Shown one piece after another: positions 36,632 through 51,900 of a stretch of DNA of 64,000 nt. Under the pieces are notes generated by a model that was not told where the DNA came from, ran no database searches, and worked only from the letters and a program-made list of their open reading frames with translations. Where the stretch lies: assembly GCF_964355755.1 (NCBI RefSeq), contig NC_092677.1:21997175-22061174 (forward strand), given 5' to 3'. The translations under genes were made by a program, and so were the position numbers. How positions within the stretch are numbered: the first letter of the stretch is position 1; every line of letters starts with the position of its first letter. Origin of the DNA: Antedon mediterranea (taxonomy: Eukaryota; Animalia; Echinodermata).

Positions 36632-38896
36632 GTCCCCCGTAGGGAAATTTTCGCAAAAATGGCCAAATTTCAAACCTTTTATTTTTTGACAAAACTAGTT
36701 ACTATGGCTCTATAAGATGATGTTAGCACAATATATTTGCATAAATGGCAATATTATATAGGATATTTTTTTAATTTTAAACAATGGAAATTTTGACCAT
36801 TTTTCGAAAAAAAAATCCTATGGTCCCCCGCAGCAAAATTTTACAAAAATTGCTAAATTTCGATCCTTTTATTTGTTGACATAACTAGTTACGATGGCTC
36901 TATAAGATGATGCTAACACAATATATTTGCATAAATGCCAATATAATAGCATAATTATTGAATTTTAAAAAGAGGAAATTTTGGACATTTTCCAAAAAAA
37001 TTTCTATAGTCCCCCGCAGGGAAATTTTCGCAAAAATGGCAAAATTTCAAACCTTTTATTTTTTGACATAACTAGTTACAATGGCTCTATAAGATGATGC
37101 TAACCCAATATATTTGTATAAATGTCAATATTATAGCATAATTATTGAATTTTAAAAAGTGGAAATTTTGACCATTTTTCGAAAACATTCCTATGGTCCC
37201 CCGCAGGGAAATTTTCGGAAAAATGGCCAAATTTCAAACCTTTTATTTTTTGACATAACTAGTTTCTATGGCTCTATAAAATAATGTTAGCACAATATAT
37301 TAGCAAAAATGGCAATATTATAGCATAATTTTTGAATTTTAAAAAGTGGAAATTGTTTCCATTTTTCAATAAAATTCTGATGGTCCTCCGCAGACAATTT
37401 TTTCGAAAATTTCCGAATTTCGACACTTTAATTTTTTGATGTAACTAGTTACTATAGCTCTATAAGATGATGTTAACACAATATATGTGCATATATATTG
37501 AATTTTAAAAAGTGGAAAATTTTTACATTTTTCGACCCTTTTGTTTTTTGACATAACTAGTTGCTATGGCTCTATAAGATGATGTTAGCACAATATATGT
37601 GCATAAATGGCAATATTATAACATAATTTTGGAATTTTCGAAAGTGGAAATTTTGACCATTTTTGAAAAAAATTTCTATGGTCCCCGCAGGAAAATTTTC
37701 GAAAAATGGCCAAATTTCGACCCTTTTATTTTTTTATATAACTAGTAACTATGGCTCTGTAAGATGATGTTAGAACAATATATTTGCATAAATGGCAATA
37801 TTATAGCATAATTTTCGAATTTTAGAAATTGGAAATTTTCTCCATTTTTCGAAAAAATTCCTATGGTCCCCGCAGGAAAATTTTCGAAAAAATGCCAAAG
37901 TTCAAGCCTTTTATTTTATATAATTTCTTACTATGGCTCTATAAGATGATGTTAGCAAAATATATCTGTATAAATAGAAATATTATAGCATAATTATTTA
38001 ATTTTTAAAGTGGCAAATGTTGCCATTTTTCGACCCTTTTATTTTTTTGACATTACTAGTTACGATGGCTCTATAAGATAATGTTAACACAATATATGTG
38101 CATAAATGGCAATATTATAGCCTAATTATTGAATTTTAAAAGGTGGAAATTTTGACCATTTTTCGAAAAAAAATTCCTATGGTCCCCCGCAGGAAAATTT
38201 TTCGAAAAATGGCCAAATTTCGACCCTTTTATTTGTTGACATAACTAGTTACTATGGCTCTATAAGATGATGTTAAGCATAATTTTTTAATTTTAAAGAA
38301 TGGAAATTTTGACCATTTTTTGAAAAAAAAGTCCTATGGTCCCCGTAGGAAAATTTTCGAACAATTGCCAACAGCGGGTGTTTCAGAAGGTCAGAATATA
38401 ACGTGCAACGCTAGTGTTTTAAAGTAACAGAAAAACACAGAAAAACTCACGAAACAGTCAAACACCAGTCAAATTAACTACAGCACAGTCTTAAACAGAT
38501 CATAAACATCAAAGTTTGTAGTTAGACCAGATTCAGCTCAGTCGAAAACAAGGAAAAATAGTGAAGTACAGAGCTCGAACAAAACACGTCCGTTCTCGAC
38601 CACAGTTCGTTTTACATATATTATCTATATTTAGTCATCTGATAACATTTTTTTTACCACGCCGTTTTTAATAGTTTCTTAAAATGCCTCTCTATTTACA
38701 ACATTTGTGTACAAAAGAATAGAGATTTTATTGTGTAATTTGAACTATCCCCCACTGATAAGAAAGTTCTTATTTTCAACAAGCTTGTGTAACACAAATA
38801 AAATCCCAAAAAATATGAAACATAGGGGAAGCTATAGATCGATAATTATTGGAATGTATGATCAATAGAAATTTTTTGCCCCCACCTGGCCTTTAA

Positions 38897-39016
38897 ACAC
38901 GGGGAGATATCTGCACTTAAAACGGGGAGATATCTGTACTTAAAAACGGAGAGATATGTGTACTTAAAAACGGGGAGATATCTTTACTTAAAAACGGAGA
39001 ATATCTGTACTTAAAA
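38897..39016 (-). repeat. Five ~23-25-bp units AAAACGGGGAGATATCTGTACTT, resembling the reverse complement of the 25-bp satellite
   Basis: Compare the satellite reverse complement AAAATCGGGGTCGATGTCTGTACGT. Confidence 0.7.
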
Positions 39017-41722
39017 TCCCTATCCCTATTTTACGTACATACATCGACCCCAATTTTACGTACAGACATCGACCCCGATTTTACGTACAGACATCGAACC
39101 GATTTTACGTACAGTAATCGACCCAGTTTTTACGTACAGACATCAACCTTGATTTTACGTACCGACATCGATCCCTATTTTACGTACATACATCGACCCC
39201 GATTTTTCGTACATACATCGACCCGTATTTATTAACAGACATCGACCTAGTTTTTACGTACAGACATCGACCCCGATTTTACATACAGACATCGACCCCG
39301 ATTTTACGTACAGACATCGACCTAGTTTTGACGTACAGAAATCGACCGCTTTCTGACGTACAGACATCGACACCGATTTTACATAAAGACATCGACCCCG
39401 ATTTCACGTACAGACATCGACCACGTTTTTACGTACTGACATCGACCCCGATTTAACATAGAGACATCGATCCCGATTTTAAGTACATACATCGACTCCG
39501 TTTAACGTACATACATCGACCCCGACTTTACGTCCACACATCGACCCAGTTTTTACGTACAGACAGCGACACCGTTTGACGTACCGACATCAACCTCGAT
39601 TTTACGTACAGACATCGACCCCGATTTAACGTACATACAGCGACACCGTTTGACGTACCGACAACAACCTCGATTTTACATACAGACATCGACCCCGATT
39701 TTACGTACATACATCGACCCCGATTTTACGTACAGACATTGACCTCGATTTTACGTACATGCATCGACCCTGATTTTACGTAAAGTCATCGACCCCGATT
39801 TTATGTACAGACATCGACCCCGATTTTACGTACATACATTGATCTCGAATTTACGTACATGCATCGACCCTGATTTTACGTACAGACATCGACCTCGATT
39901 TTACGTACAGTCATCGACCCCAAGTTTATGTACAGACATCGACCTAGTTTTTACGTACAGACATCGACTCTGTTTTTACGTACAGATATCGACCTAATTT
40001 TTACGTACCGACATCGACCTCGATTTTTCGTACAGACATTGACCCCGTTTTTACATAGAGACATCGACCCCGATTTTACGTACAGAAATCGACCCTGTTT
40101 TTACGTACAGACATCGACCTAGTTTTTACGTACCGACATCGACCTCGATTTTACGTACAGACATCGACCCCGATTTTACGTACAGACATCGACCTAGTTT
40201 TGACGTACAGAAATCGACCGCTTTCTGACGTACAGACATCGACACCGATTTTACATAAAGACATCGACCCCGATTTTACGTACAGACATCGACCACGTTT
40301 TTACGTACTGACATCGACCCCAATTTGCCATAGAGACATCGATCCCGATTTTAAGTACATACATCGACTCCGTTTAACGTACATACATCGACTCCGACTT
40401 TACTTCCACACATCGAACCAGTATTGACAGACAGCGACACCGTTTGACGTACCGACATCAACCTCGATTTTACGTACAGACATCGACCCCGATTTTACGT
40501 ACATACAGCGACACCGTTTGACATACCGACAACAACCTCGATTTTACATACAGACATCGACCCCGATTTTACGTACATACATTGACCCCGATTTTACGTA
40601 CAGACATTGACATCGATTTTACGTACATGCATCGACCCTGATTTTACATACAGTCATCGAACCCGATTTTATATACAGACATCGACCCCGATTTTACGTA
40701 CATACATTGACCTCGAATTTACGTACATGCATCGACCCTGATTTTACGTATAGACATCGACCTCGATTTTACGTACAGTCATCGACCCCAAGTTTATGTA
40801 CAGACATCGACCTAGTTTTTACGTACAGACATCGACTCTGTTTTTACGTACAGATATCGACCTAATTTTTACGTACCGACATCGACCTCGATTTTACGTA
40901 CAGAAATCGACCCTGATTTTACGTACAGACATCAACCTAGTTTTGACGTACAGACATCGACACAGATTTTACGCAAAGACATCGACCCCGATTTCACGTA
41001 CAGACATCGACCTAGTTTTTACGTACAGACATCGACACAGTTTTTACGTAGAGACAGCGACACCGTTTTACGTACCGATTACGACCCCGATTTTACGTAC
41101 AGAAATCGAAATAGTTTTTAGGTACAGACATCGACACCGATTTTACGTACAGACATCGACCCCGATTTTACGTACAGACATCAACCTCCATAGTTTTTAC
41201 ATACAAACATCGACCCTGATTTTACATACAGGCATCGACCTAGTTTTGACGTACAGACATCGACCCCGTTTTTACTTACACATAATACATCGACCTCGTT
41301 TTTACGTATAGACATCGACCCCGATTGTAAGTGCAGACATCGAACCCGTTTTTACGTACAGGTATCGACAATGATTTTACGTACAGACATCGACCTAGTT
41401 TTGAACTACAGACATCGACCACGTTTTTACGTACAGACATCGACCCTGATTTTACGTACAGACATGTACCTCGATTTTACGTACATAAATCGACCACGAA
41501 TCAACGTAGAGACATCGACCCCAATTTTACATACAGACATCGACAATGATTTTACGTACAGAAATCGACCTTGTTTTGACGTACATACATCGACCTAGTT
41601 TTCACGTACAGACATCGACCCCGTTTTTACATACAGACATATATCTAGTTTTTTACGTACAGAGATCGACCTAGTTTTTACGCAAGACATCGACCCCGAT
41701 TTAACGTACAGACATCGACCCC

Positions 41723-42979
41723 ATTTAGGGGCTCCACTTCCGAGAATATATTGGTAAAATCCGGGGTTCCTCAGGGATCAGTGATTGGGCCAATCCTCTT
41801 TAATCTCTTTGTATCCGATCTCCCCTCCTGCATTGAATCACAGATACAACAATATGCTGATGATACTCTCATATACAGAGCCATCAGAAACAAAAACAAA
41901 GATAAAGATAACCATAATGATAATGATGAAATGAGCTTGCAGTCGGATTTTCATGCTATTAACAACTGGTGTGTGACGAACAAAATGCTACTAAATACTG
42001 ACAAATGTTTTGTAATGCACATAACTAGATCTAACAGTCGCCTTGAACAAGCATGTGATTATTTTATTGGAGATGATAGATTGCCCGTTACGAATTCCAT
42101 TAAATATCTTGGAATTCACCTGAATCGCAAACTCACTTGGGCTGATCATGTCCAATATGTTAAATCCAAATCTAATCGCATGTTTGGTTTTGTGAGACGT
42201 ATTGTCAAATGTCGTGATAAAGCTATTATATTGCGACTATATATATCGTTAGTTAGACCATATATTGATTACGGTTTACCTGCCTGGATCCCCTTTCTTA
42301 AAAAAGACATCGCTGCTCTTGAAGCTGTCCAAAGGAGGGTCACCCGCACATGCTTCCCAAGATCAGCCAGTCTCCCTTACCCTGAACGTTTGAAACGCCT
42401 TAATCTGATGTCCATTAACAATCGCATTAGGTATTTATGTATTAATTTTGTTACCAAATGTATGTACAAATTATATGATGTTAATGTTTTTAAATATTTA
42501 TCTATTAATTGCAGACATGTTAATAACCTTAAGTTACGCAATATTTTTATAGCCCGGACTGATTTATTTCATAACTCTGTCTTTAATTTTTTTGTTAGAC
42601 ATTTTAGAGATCTGCCTGCGGATCTCTGCGACCAACTTTTAATTAATATAAACTGTTTTAAGCATAGCCTTAAGAAATATTTTAGCAATCTGTTTTAATC
42701 TGAACATATGTATATTTTAAAGATATTTTCTTAATTCTATCTTTTTAAATTTACAATTTTTTATAAAAACACATTGCTGAATTTTATAGTTTTATCTAAA
42801 TTTTAATAGAATCCATGTATTATTCATTTTATGTAAGTATTTCGATGTGGAGAGCCTCTCGACGGTTATTTTTATTTGTAACTTTTAGGTTATCCGGCCT
42901 CATTGACTTACTTTTGTATTGTTTTTTTGTACTGTTCTGTATATTGGCGAAATAAATGATATGATATATGATATATGAT
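41723..42979 (+). mobile_element. 5'-truncated CR1-group LINE inserted in the 25-bp satellite
   Basis: RT motifs SGVPQGSVIGP, YADD, KCFVMH, KYLGI, LYISLVRP and LEAVQRRVTR; 3' UTR, AATAAA and (TGATA/TA)n tail; TSD acccc; empty site visible at ~46481. Confidence 0.95.
41724..42698 (+). CDS. Uninterrupted C-terminal half of LINE ORF2 (reverse transcriptase), no true start codon
   Basis: Open from the insertion junction (FRGSTSENILVKSGVPQG) to TAA at 42698. The ORF-track start at 41751 is a TTG, so the fragment is probably not translated. Confidence 0.8.
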   Translation, partial: FRGSTSENILVKSGVPQGSVIGPILFNLFVSDLPSCIESQIQQYADDTLIYRAIRNKNKDKDNHNDNDEMSLQSDFHAINNWCVTNKMLLNTDKCFVMHITRSNSRLEQACDYFIGDDRLPVTNSIKYLGIHLNRKLTWADHVQYVKSKSNRMFGFVRRIVKCRDKAIILRLYISLVRPYIDYGLPAWIPFLKKDIAALEAVQRRVTRTCFPRSASLPYPERLKRLNLMSINNRIRYLCINFVTKCMYKLYDVNVFKYLSINCRHVNNLKLRNIFIARTDLFHNSVFNFFVRHFRDLPADLCDQLLININCFKHSLKKYFSNLF

Positions 42980-45900
42980 ACCCCGTATTTACGTACAGAC
43001 ATCGACCTAGTTTTTACGTACATACATCGACTCCGTTTAACGTACCAACATCGACCCCGTTTTTACGTACAGACATCGACTCCGTTTTTATGTAAAGATA
43101 TCGACACCGATTTTACGCAAAGACAACGATCCCGATTTCACGTACAGACATCGACCCCAATTTTACGTACAGTCATCGACCCCGTTTTTACGTACAGACA
43201 TCAACCTCGATTTTACGTACAAACATTGACCCCGATTTTACGTACATACATCGACCCCGATTTTACATACATACATCGACACCTATTTTACATACAGACA
43301 ACGACCCCGATTTTACGTACAGACATTGACCTAGTTTTGACGTACAGATATCTAACCCGTTTTGACGTACAGACATCGACACCAATTTTACGCAAAGACA
43401 ACGACCCCGATTTCACGAATAGACATCGATCCCGTATTTACGTACAGACATCGATCCCGTATTTACTTACAGACATCGACCTTGTTTCTACGTACAAACA
43501 TCGACCCCGATTTAACGTACATATATCGATCTCGATTTTACGTACATACATCGACTCCGATTTTACATACTGTACATACATTGACCCGATTTTACGTACA
43601 GTCATCGACTCCTATTTTACATACAGACATCGACCTCTTTTTACGTAAAGACATCGACCCCCTTATTACATACAGATATCGACTCCGCTTTTACGTACAG
43701 ACATCGACCTAGTTTTTACGTACCGACATCGACCCTGATTTTACATACAGACATCGACCTAGTTTTGACATACCGACATCAACCTCGATTTTACGTACAG
43801 ACATTGACCCTGATTTTACGTACATACATCGACCTCAATTTTAGGTACAGACATCGACCCCGATTTTACGTACAGACGTCGACCTAGTTTTGACGTACAG
43901 ACATCGACCCCGATTTCACGAACAGACATCGATCCCCTATTTAACTACAGACATCGATCTCGTATTTATGTACAGATATCGACCCCGTTTTTACGTATAG
44001 ACATCGACCCTGATTTTACGTACATACATCGATCCCGATTTTACGTACATACGTCGATCCCTATTTTACGTACAGAAATCGACTCCGTTTAACGTACCGA
44101 CATTGACGCGGATTTTATATACAGACATCGACCTAGTTTTTACGTACAGACATCCACCTAGTTTTTACGTACAGACATCGGCCTAGTTTTTACTTACAGA
44201 CCTCGACATAGTTTTTACGTACCGACATCGACCTCGATTTTACGTACAGACATCGACCCCGATTTTACGTACAGACATCGACCTAGTTTTGACGTACAGA
44301 AATCGACCGCTTTCTGACGTACAGACATCGACACCGATTTTACATAAAGACATCGACCCCGATTTCACGTACAGACATCGACCACGTTTTTACGTACTGA
44401 CATCGACCCCGATTTAACATAGAGACATCGATCCCAATTTTAAGTACATACATCGACTCCGTTTAACGTACATAAATCGACCCCGACTTTACGTCCACAC
44501 ATCGACCCAGTTTTTACGTACAGACAGCGACACCGTTTGACGTACCGACATCAACCTCGATTTTACGTACAGACATCGACCCCGATTTTACGTACAGACA
44601 TCGACCCCGATTTTACGTACATACATTGACCTCGAATTTACGTACATGCATCGACCCTGATTTTACGTACAGACATCGACCCCAAGTTTATGTACAGACA
44701 TCGACCTAGTTTTTACGTACAGACATCGACTCTGTTTTTACGTACAGATATCGACCTAATTTTTACGTACCGACATCGACCTCGATTTTACGTACAGACA
44801 TTGACCCCGTTTTTACATAGAGACATCGACCCCGATTTTACGTACAGAAATCAACCCTGTTTTTACGTACAGACATCGACCTAGTTTTTACGTACCGACA
44901 TCGACCTCGATTTTACGTACAGACATCGACCCCGACTTTACGTACAGACATCGACCTAGTTTTGACGTACAGAAATCGACCGCTTTCTGACGTACAGACA
45001 TCAACACCGATTTTACATAAAGACATCGACCCCGATTTTACGTACAGACATCGACCACGTTTTTACGTACTGACATCGACCCCAATTTGCCATAAAGACA
45101 TCGATCCCGATTTTAAGTACATACATCGACTCCGTTTAACGTACATACATCGACTCCGACTTTACTTCCACACATCGAACCAGTTTTGACGTACAGACAG
45201 CGACACCGTTTGACGTACCGACATCAACCTCGATTTTACGTACAGACATCGACCCCGATTTTACATACATACAGCGACACCGTTTGACGTACCGACAACA
45301 ACCTCGATTTTACATACAGACATCGACCCCGATTTTACGTACATACATCGACCCCGATTTTACGTACAGACATTGACATCGATTTTACGTACATGCATCG
45401 ACCCTGATTTTACATACAGTCATCGAACCCGATTTTATATACAGACATCGACCCCGATTTTACGTACATACATTGACCTCGAATTTACGTACATGCATCG
45501 ACCCTGATTTTACGTACAGACATCGACCTCGATTTTACGTACAGTCATCGACCCCAAGTTTATGTACAGACATCGACCTAGTTTTTACGTACAGACATCG
45601 ACTCTGTTTTTACGTACAGATATCGACCTAATTTTTACGTACCGACATCGACCTCGATTTTACGTACAGACATCGACCCTGATTTTACGTACAGACATCA
45701 ACCTAGTTTTGACGTACAGACATCGACACAGATTTTACGCAAAGATATCGACCCCAATTCATGTACAGACATCGACCTAGTTTTTACGTACAGACATCGA
45801 CACAGTTTTTACGTAGAGACAGCGACACCGTTTTACGTACCGATTACGACCCCGATTTTACGTAAAGAAATCGAAATAGTTTTTAGGTACAGACATCGAC

Positions 45901-48900
45901 ACCGATTTTACGTACAGACATCGACCCCGATTTTACGTACAGACATCAACCTCCCTAGTTTTTACATACAAACATCGACCCTGGTTTTACATACAGGCAT
46001 CGACCTAGTTTTGACGTACAGACATCGACCCCATTTTTACATACACATAATACATCGACGTCGATTTTACGTATAGACATCGACCCCGATTTTACGTGCA
46101 GACATCGAACCCGTTTTTACATACAGGTATCGACAATGATTTTACGTACAGACATCGACCTAGTTTTGAACTACAGACATCGACCACGTTTTTACGTAAA
46201 GACATCGACCCTGATTTTACGTACAGACATGTACCTCAATTTTACGTACATAAATCGACCACAAATCAACGTAGAGACATCAACCCCAATTTTACGTACA
46301 GACATCGACAATGATTTTACGTACAGAAATCGACCTTGTTTTGACGTACATACATCGACCTAGTTTTTACGTACAGACATCGACCCCGTTCTTACATACA
46401 GACATATATCTAGTTTTTTACGTACAGAGATCGACCTAGTTTTTACCCAAGACATCGACCCCGATTTAACGTACAGACATCGACCCCGTATTTACGTACT
46501 GACATCGACCTAGTTTTTACGTACATAGATCGACTCCGTTTAACGTACCAACATCGACCCCGTTTTTACGTACATACATCGACTCCGTTTTTATGTAAAG
46601 ATATCGACACCAATTTTACGCAAAGACAACGATCCCGATTTCACGTACAGACATCGACCCCAATTTTACGTACAGTCATCAACCCCGTTTTTACGTACAT
46701 ACATCAACCTCGATTTTACGTACAAACATTGACCCCGATTTTACGTACATACATCGACCCCGATTTTACATACATACATCGACACCGATTTTACATACAG
46801 ACAACGACCCCGATTTTACGTACAGACATTGACCTAGTTTTGACGTACAGATATCTACCCCGTTTTGACGTACAGACATCGACACCAATTTTACGCAAAG
46901 ACAACCACCCCGATTTCACGAATAGACATCGATCCCGTATTTACGTACAGACATCGATCCCGTATTTACTTACAGACATCTACCTTGTTTCTACGTACAA
47001 ACATCGACCCCGATTTAACGTACATATATCGATCTCGATTATACGTACATACATCGACTCCGATTTTACATACTGTACATACATTGACCCGATTTTACGT
47101 ACAGTCATCGACTCCTATTTTACGTACAGACATCGACCTCTTTTTACGTAAAGACATCGACCCCCTTATTACATACAGATATCGACTCCGCTTTTACGTA
47201 CAGACATCGACCTAGTTTTTACGTACCGACATCGACCCTGATTTTACATACAGACATCGACCTAGTTTTGACATACCGACATCAACCTCGATTTTACGTA
47301 CAGACATTGACCCTGATTTTACGTACATACATCGACCTCGATTTTAGGTACAGACATCGACATCGATTTTACGTACAGACGTCGACCTAGTTTTGACGTA
47401 CAGACATTGACCCCGATTTCACGAACAGACATCGATCCCCTATTTACGTACAGACATCGATCTCGTATTTATGTACAGATATCGACGCCGTTTTTACGTA
47501 CAGACATCGACCCTTATTTTACGTACATACATCGATCCCGATTTCACGTACATACGTCGATCCCTATTTTACGTACAGAAATCGACTCCGTTTAACGTAC
47601 CGACATTGACGCGGATTTTATATACAGACATCGACCTAGTTTTTACGTACAGACATCCACCTAGTTTTTAAGTACAGCCATCGGCCTAGTTTTTACTTAC
47701 AGACCTCGACATAGTTTTTATGCAATGACAGCGACACCGACTTTACGTACAGATATGGACCCCGATTTTACGTACATACATCGACCCAGTTTTTACGTAC
47801 AGACATCGACCACGCTTTTACGTACAGACATCGACCCCGTTTTTACGTGCAGACATCGATCCCGTTTTGACGTACAGACATCGACCTAGTTTTGAACTAC
47901 AGACATCGACATCGATCCTGATTTTACGTATAGACATGTACCCCGATTTTACATACATACATCGACCCCGATTTTACGTACATACATTGACCCCGATTTT
48001 AGGTACAGACATCGACCCCGATTTTACGTACAAACATCGACCCCGATTTTAAGTAAGGTCATCGACCCAGTTTTTACGTACAGACATTAACCTCGATTTT
48101 ACGTACATACATCGACACCAATTTGACATACAGACATCGACCCCGATTTTAGGTACAGACATCGACCCCGATTTTAGGTACAGACATCGACTTAGTTTTT
48201 ACGTACAGCATCGATTCTGATTTTACATACATTCATCGACCTAGTTTTGACGTACAGACATCGACCCCGATTTTACGTACAGACATCGACCTAGTTTTTA
48301 CGTACCGACATCGACCTCGATTTTACGTGCAGACATCGACCCCGATTTTACGTACAGACATTGAACTAGCTTTGAACTACAGACATCGACTGCCTTTTTA
48401 CGTACATACATCGACCTCGATTTGACGTACAGATATCCACCCAGTTTTTTTGTACAGACATCGACCTCATTTTTACGTACAGACATCGACCTAGTTTTGA
48501 ACTACAGACATCGACTCCGTTTTTACGTACAGACATCGACCCATATTTATTAACAGACATCGACCTAGTTTTTACGTACAGACATCGACCCCGATTTTAC
48601 ATACAGACATCGACCCCAATTTTACGTACAGACATCGACCTAGTTTTGACGTACAGAAATCGACCGCTTTCTGACGTACAGACATCGACACCGATTTTAC
48701 ATAAAGACATCGACCCCGATTTCACGTACAGACATCGACCACGTTTTTACGTACTGACATCGACCCCGATTTAACATAGAGACACCGATCCCGATTTTAA
48801 GTACATACATCGACTCCGTTTAACGTACATACATCGACCCCGACTTTACGTCCACACATCGACCCAGTTTTTACGTACAGACAGCGACACCGTTTGACGT

Positions 48901-51900
48901 ACCGACATCAACCTCGATTTTACGTACAGACATAGACCCCGATTTTACGTACATACAGCGACACCGTTTGACGTACCGACAACAACCTCGATTTTACATA
49001 CAGACATCGACCCCGATTTTACGTACATACATCGACCCCGATTTTACGTACAGACATTGACCTCGATTTTACGTACATGCATCGACCCTGATTTTACATA
49101 CAGTCATCGAACCCGATTTTATATACAGACATCGACCCCGATTTTACGTATATACATTGACCTCGAATTTACGTACATGCATCGACCCTGCTTTTACGTA
49201 CAGACATCGACCTCGATTTTACGTACAGTCATCGACCCCAAGTTTATGTACAGACATCGACCTAGTTTTTACGTACAGACATCGACTCTGTTTTTACGTA
49301 CAGATATCGACCTAATTTTTACGTACCGACATCGACCTCGATTTTACGTACAGACATCGACCCTGATTTTACGTACAGACATCAACCTAGTTTTGACGTA
49401 CAGACATCGACACAGATTTTACGCAAAGACATCGACCCCGATTTCACGTACAGACATCGACCTAGTTTTTACGTACAGACATCGACACCGTTTTACGTAC
49501 CGATTACGACCCCGATTTTACGTACAGAAATCGAAATAGTTTTTAGGTACAGACATCGACACCGATTTTACGTACAGACATCGACCCCAATTTTACGTAC
49601 AGACATCAACCTCCCTAGTTTTTACATACAAACATCGACCCTGATTTTACATACAGGCATCGACCTAGTTTTGACGTACAGACATCGACCCCGTTTTTAC
49701 ATACACATAATACATCGACCTCGATTTTACGTATAGACATCGACCCCGATTTTAAGTGCAGACATCGAACCCGTTTTACGTACAGGTATCGACAATGATT
49801 TTACGTACAGACATCGACCTAGTTTTGAACTACAGACATCGACCACGTTTTTACGTACAGACATCGACCCTGATTTTACGTACAGACATGTACCTCGATT
49901 TTACGTACATAAATTGACCACAAATCAACGTAGAGACATCGACCCCAATTTTACGTACAGACATCGACAATGATTTTACGTACAGAAATCGACCTTGTTT
50001 TGACGTACATACATCGACCTAGTTTTCACGTACAGACATCGACCCCGTTTTTACATACAGACATATATCTAGTTTTTTACGTACAGAGATCGACCTAGTT
50101 TTTACGCAAGACATCGACCCCGATTTAACGTACAGACATCGACCCCGTATTTACGTACAAACATTGACCTAGTTTTTACGTACATACATCGACTCCGTTT
50201 AACGTACCAACATCGACCCCGTTTTTACGTACAGACATCGACTCCGTTTTTATGTAAAGATATCGACACCGATTTACGCAAAGACAACGATCCCGATTTC
50301 ACGTACAGACATCGACCCCAATTTTACGTACAGTAATCGACCCCGTTTTTACGTACAGACATCAACCTCGATTTTACGTACAAACATTGACCCCAAATTT
50401 ACGTACATACATCGACCCCGATTTTACATACATACATCGACACCTATTTTACGTACAGACATCGACCTCTTTTTACGTAAAGACATCGACCCCCTTATTA
50501 CATACAGATATCGACTCCGCTTTTACGTACAGACATCGACCTAGTTTTTACGTACCGACATCGACCCTGATTTTACATACAGACATCGACCTAGTTTTGA
50601 CATACCGACATCAACCTCGATTTTACGTACAGACATTGACCCTGATTTTACGTACATACATCGACCTCGATTTTAGGTACAGACATCGACATCGATTTTA
50701 CGTACAGACGTCGACCTAGTTTTGACGTACAGACATTGACCCCGATTTCACGAACAGACATCGATCCCCTATTTACGTACAGACATCGATCTCGTATTTA
50801 TGTACAGATATCGACGCCGTTTTTACGTACAGACATCGACCCTGATTTTACGTACATACATCGATCCCGATTTCACGTACATACGTCGATCCCTATTTTA
50901 CGTACAGAAATCGACTCCGTTTAACGTACCGACATTGACGCGGATTTTATATACAGACATCGACCTAGTTTTTACGTACAGACATCCACCTAGTTTTTAA
51001 GTACAGCCATCGGCCTAGTTTTTACTTACAGACCTCGACATAGTTTTTATGCAATGACAGCGACACCGACTTTACGTACAGATATGGACCCCGATTTTAC
51101 GTACATACATCGACCCAGTTTTTACGTACAGACATCGACCACGCTTTTACGTACAGACATCGACCCCGTTTTTACGTGCAGACATCGATCCCGTTTTGAC
51201 GTACAGACATCGACCTAGTTTTGAACTACAGACATCGACATCGATCCTGATTTTACGTATAGACATGTACCCCGATTTTACATACATACATCGACCCCGA
51301 TTTTACGTACATACATTGACCCCGATTTTAGGTACAGACATCGACCCCGATTTTACGTACATACATCGACCCCGATTTTAAGTAAGGTCATCGACCCAGT
51401 TTTTACGTACAGACATTAACCTCGATTTTACGTACATACATCGACACCAATTTGACATACAGACATCGACCCCGATTTTAGGTACAGACATCGACCCCGA
51501 TTTTAGGTACAGACATCGACTTAGTTTTTACGTACAGCATCGATTCTGATTTTACATACATTCATCGACCTAGTTTTGACGTACAGACATCGACCCCGAT
51601 TTTACGTACAGACATCGACCTAGTTTTTACGTACCGACATCGACCTCGATTTTACGTGCAGACATCGACCCCGATTTTACGTACAGACATTGAACTAGCT
51701 TTGAACTACAGACATCGACTGCCTTTTTACGTACATACATCGACCTCGATTTGACGTACAGATATCCACCCAGTTTTTTTGTACAGACATCGACCTCATT
51801 TTTACGTACAGACATCGACCTAGTTTTGAACTACAGACATCGACTCCGTTTTTACGTACAGACATCGACCCATATTTATTAACAGACATCGACCTAGTTT

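Larger units (their letters stand above)
28190..38370 (+). repeat. ~187-bp satellite, interrupted by two transposon insertions (satellite at 28190-28326, 32829-34714, 36632-38370)
   Basis: ATGGCTCTATAAGATGATG at 33467, 33655, 33842, 34030, 34218, 34405 and 34595 (spacing 187-190); rich in A/T tracts. Confidence 0.95.
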
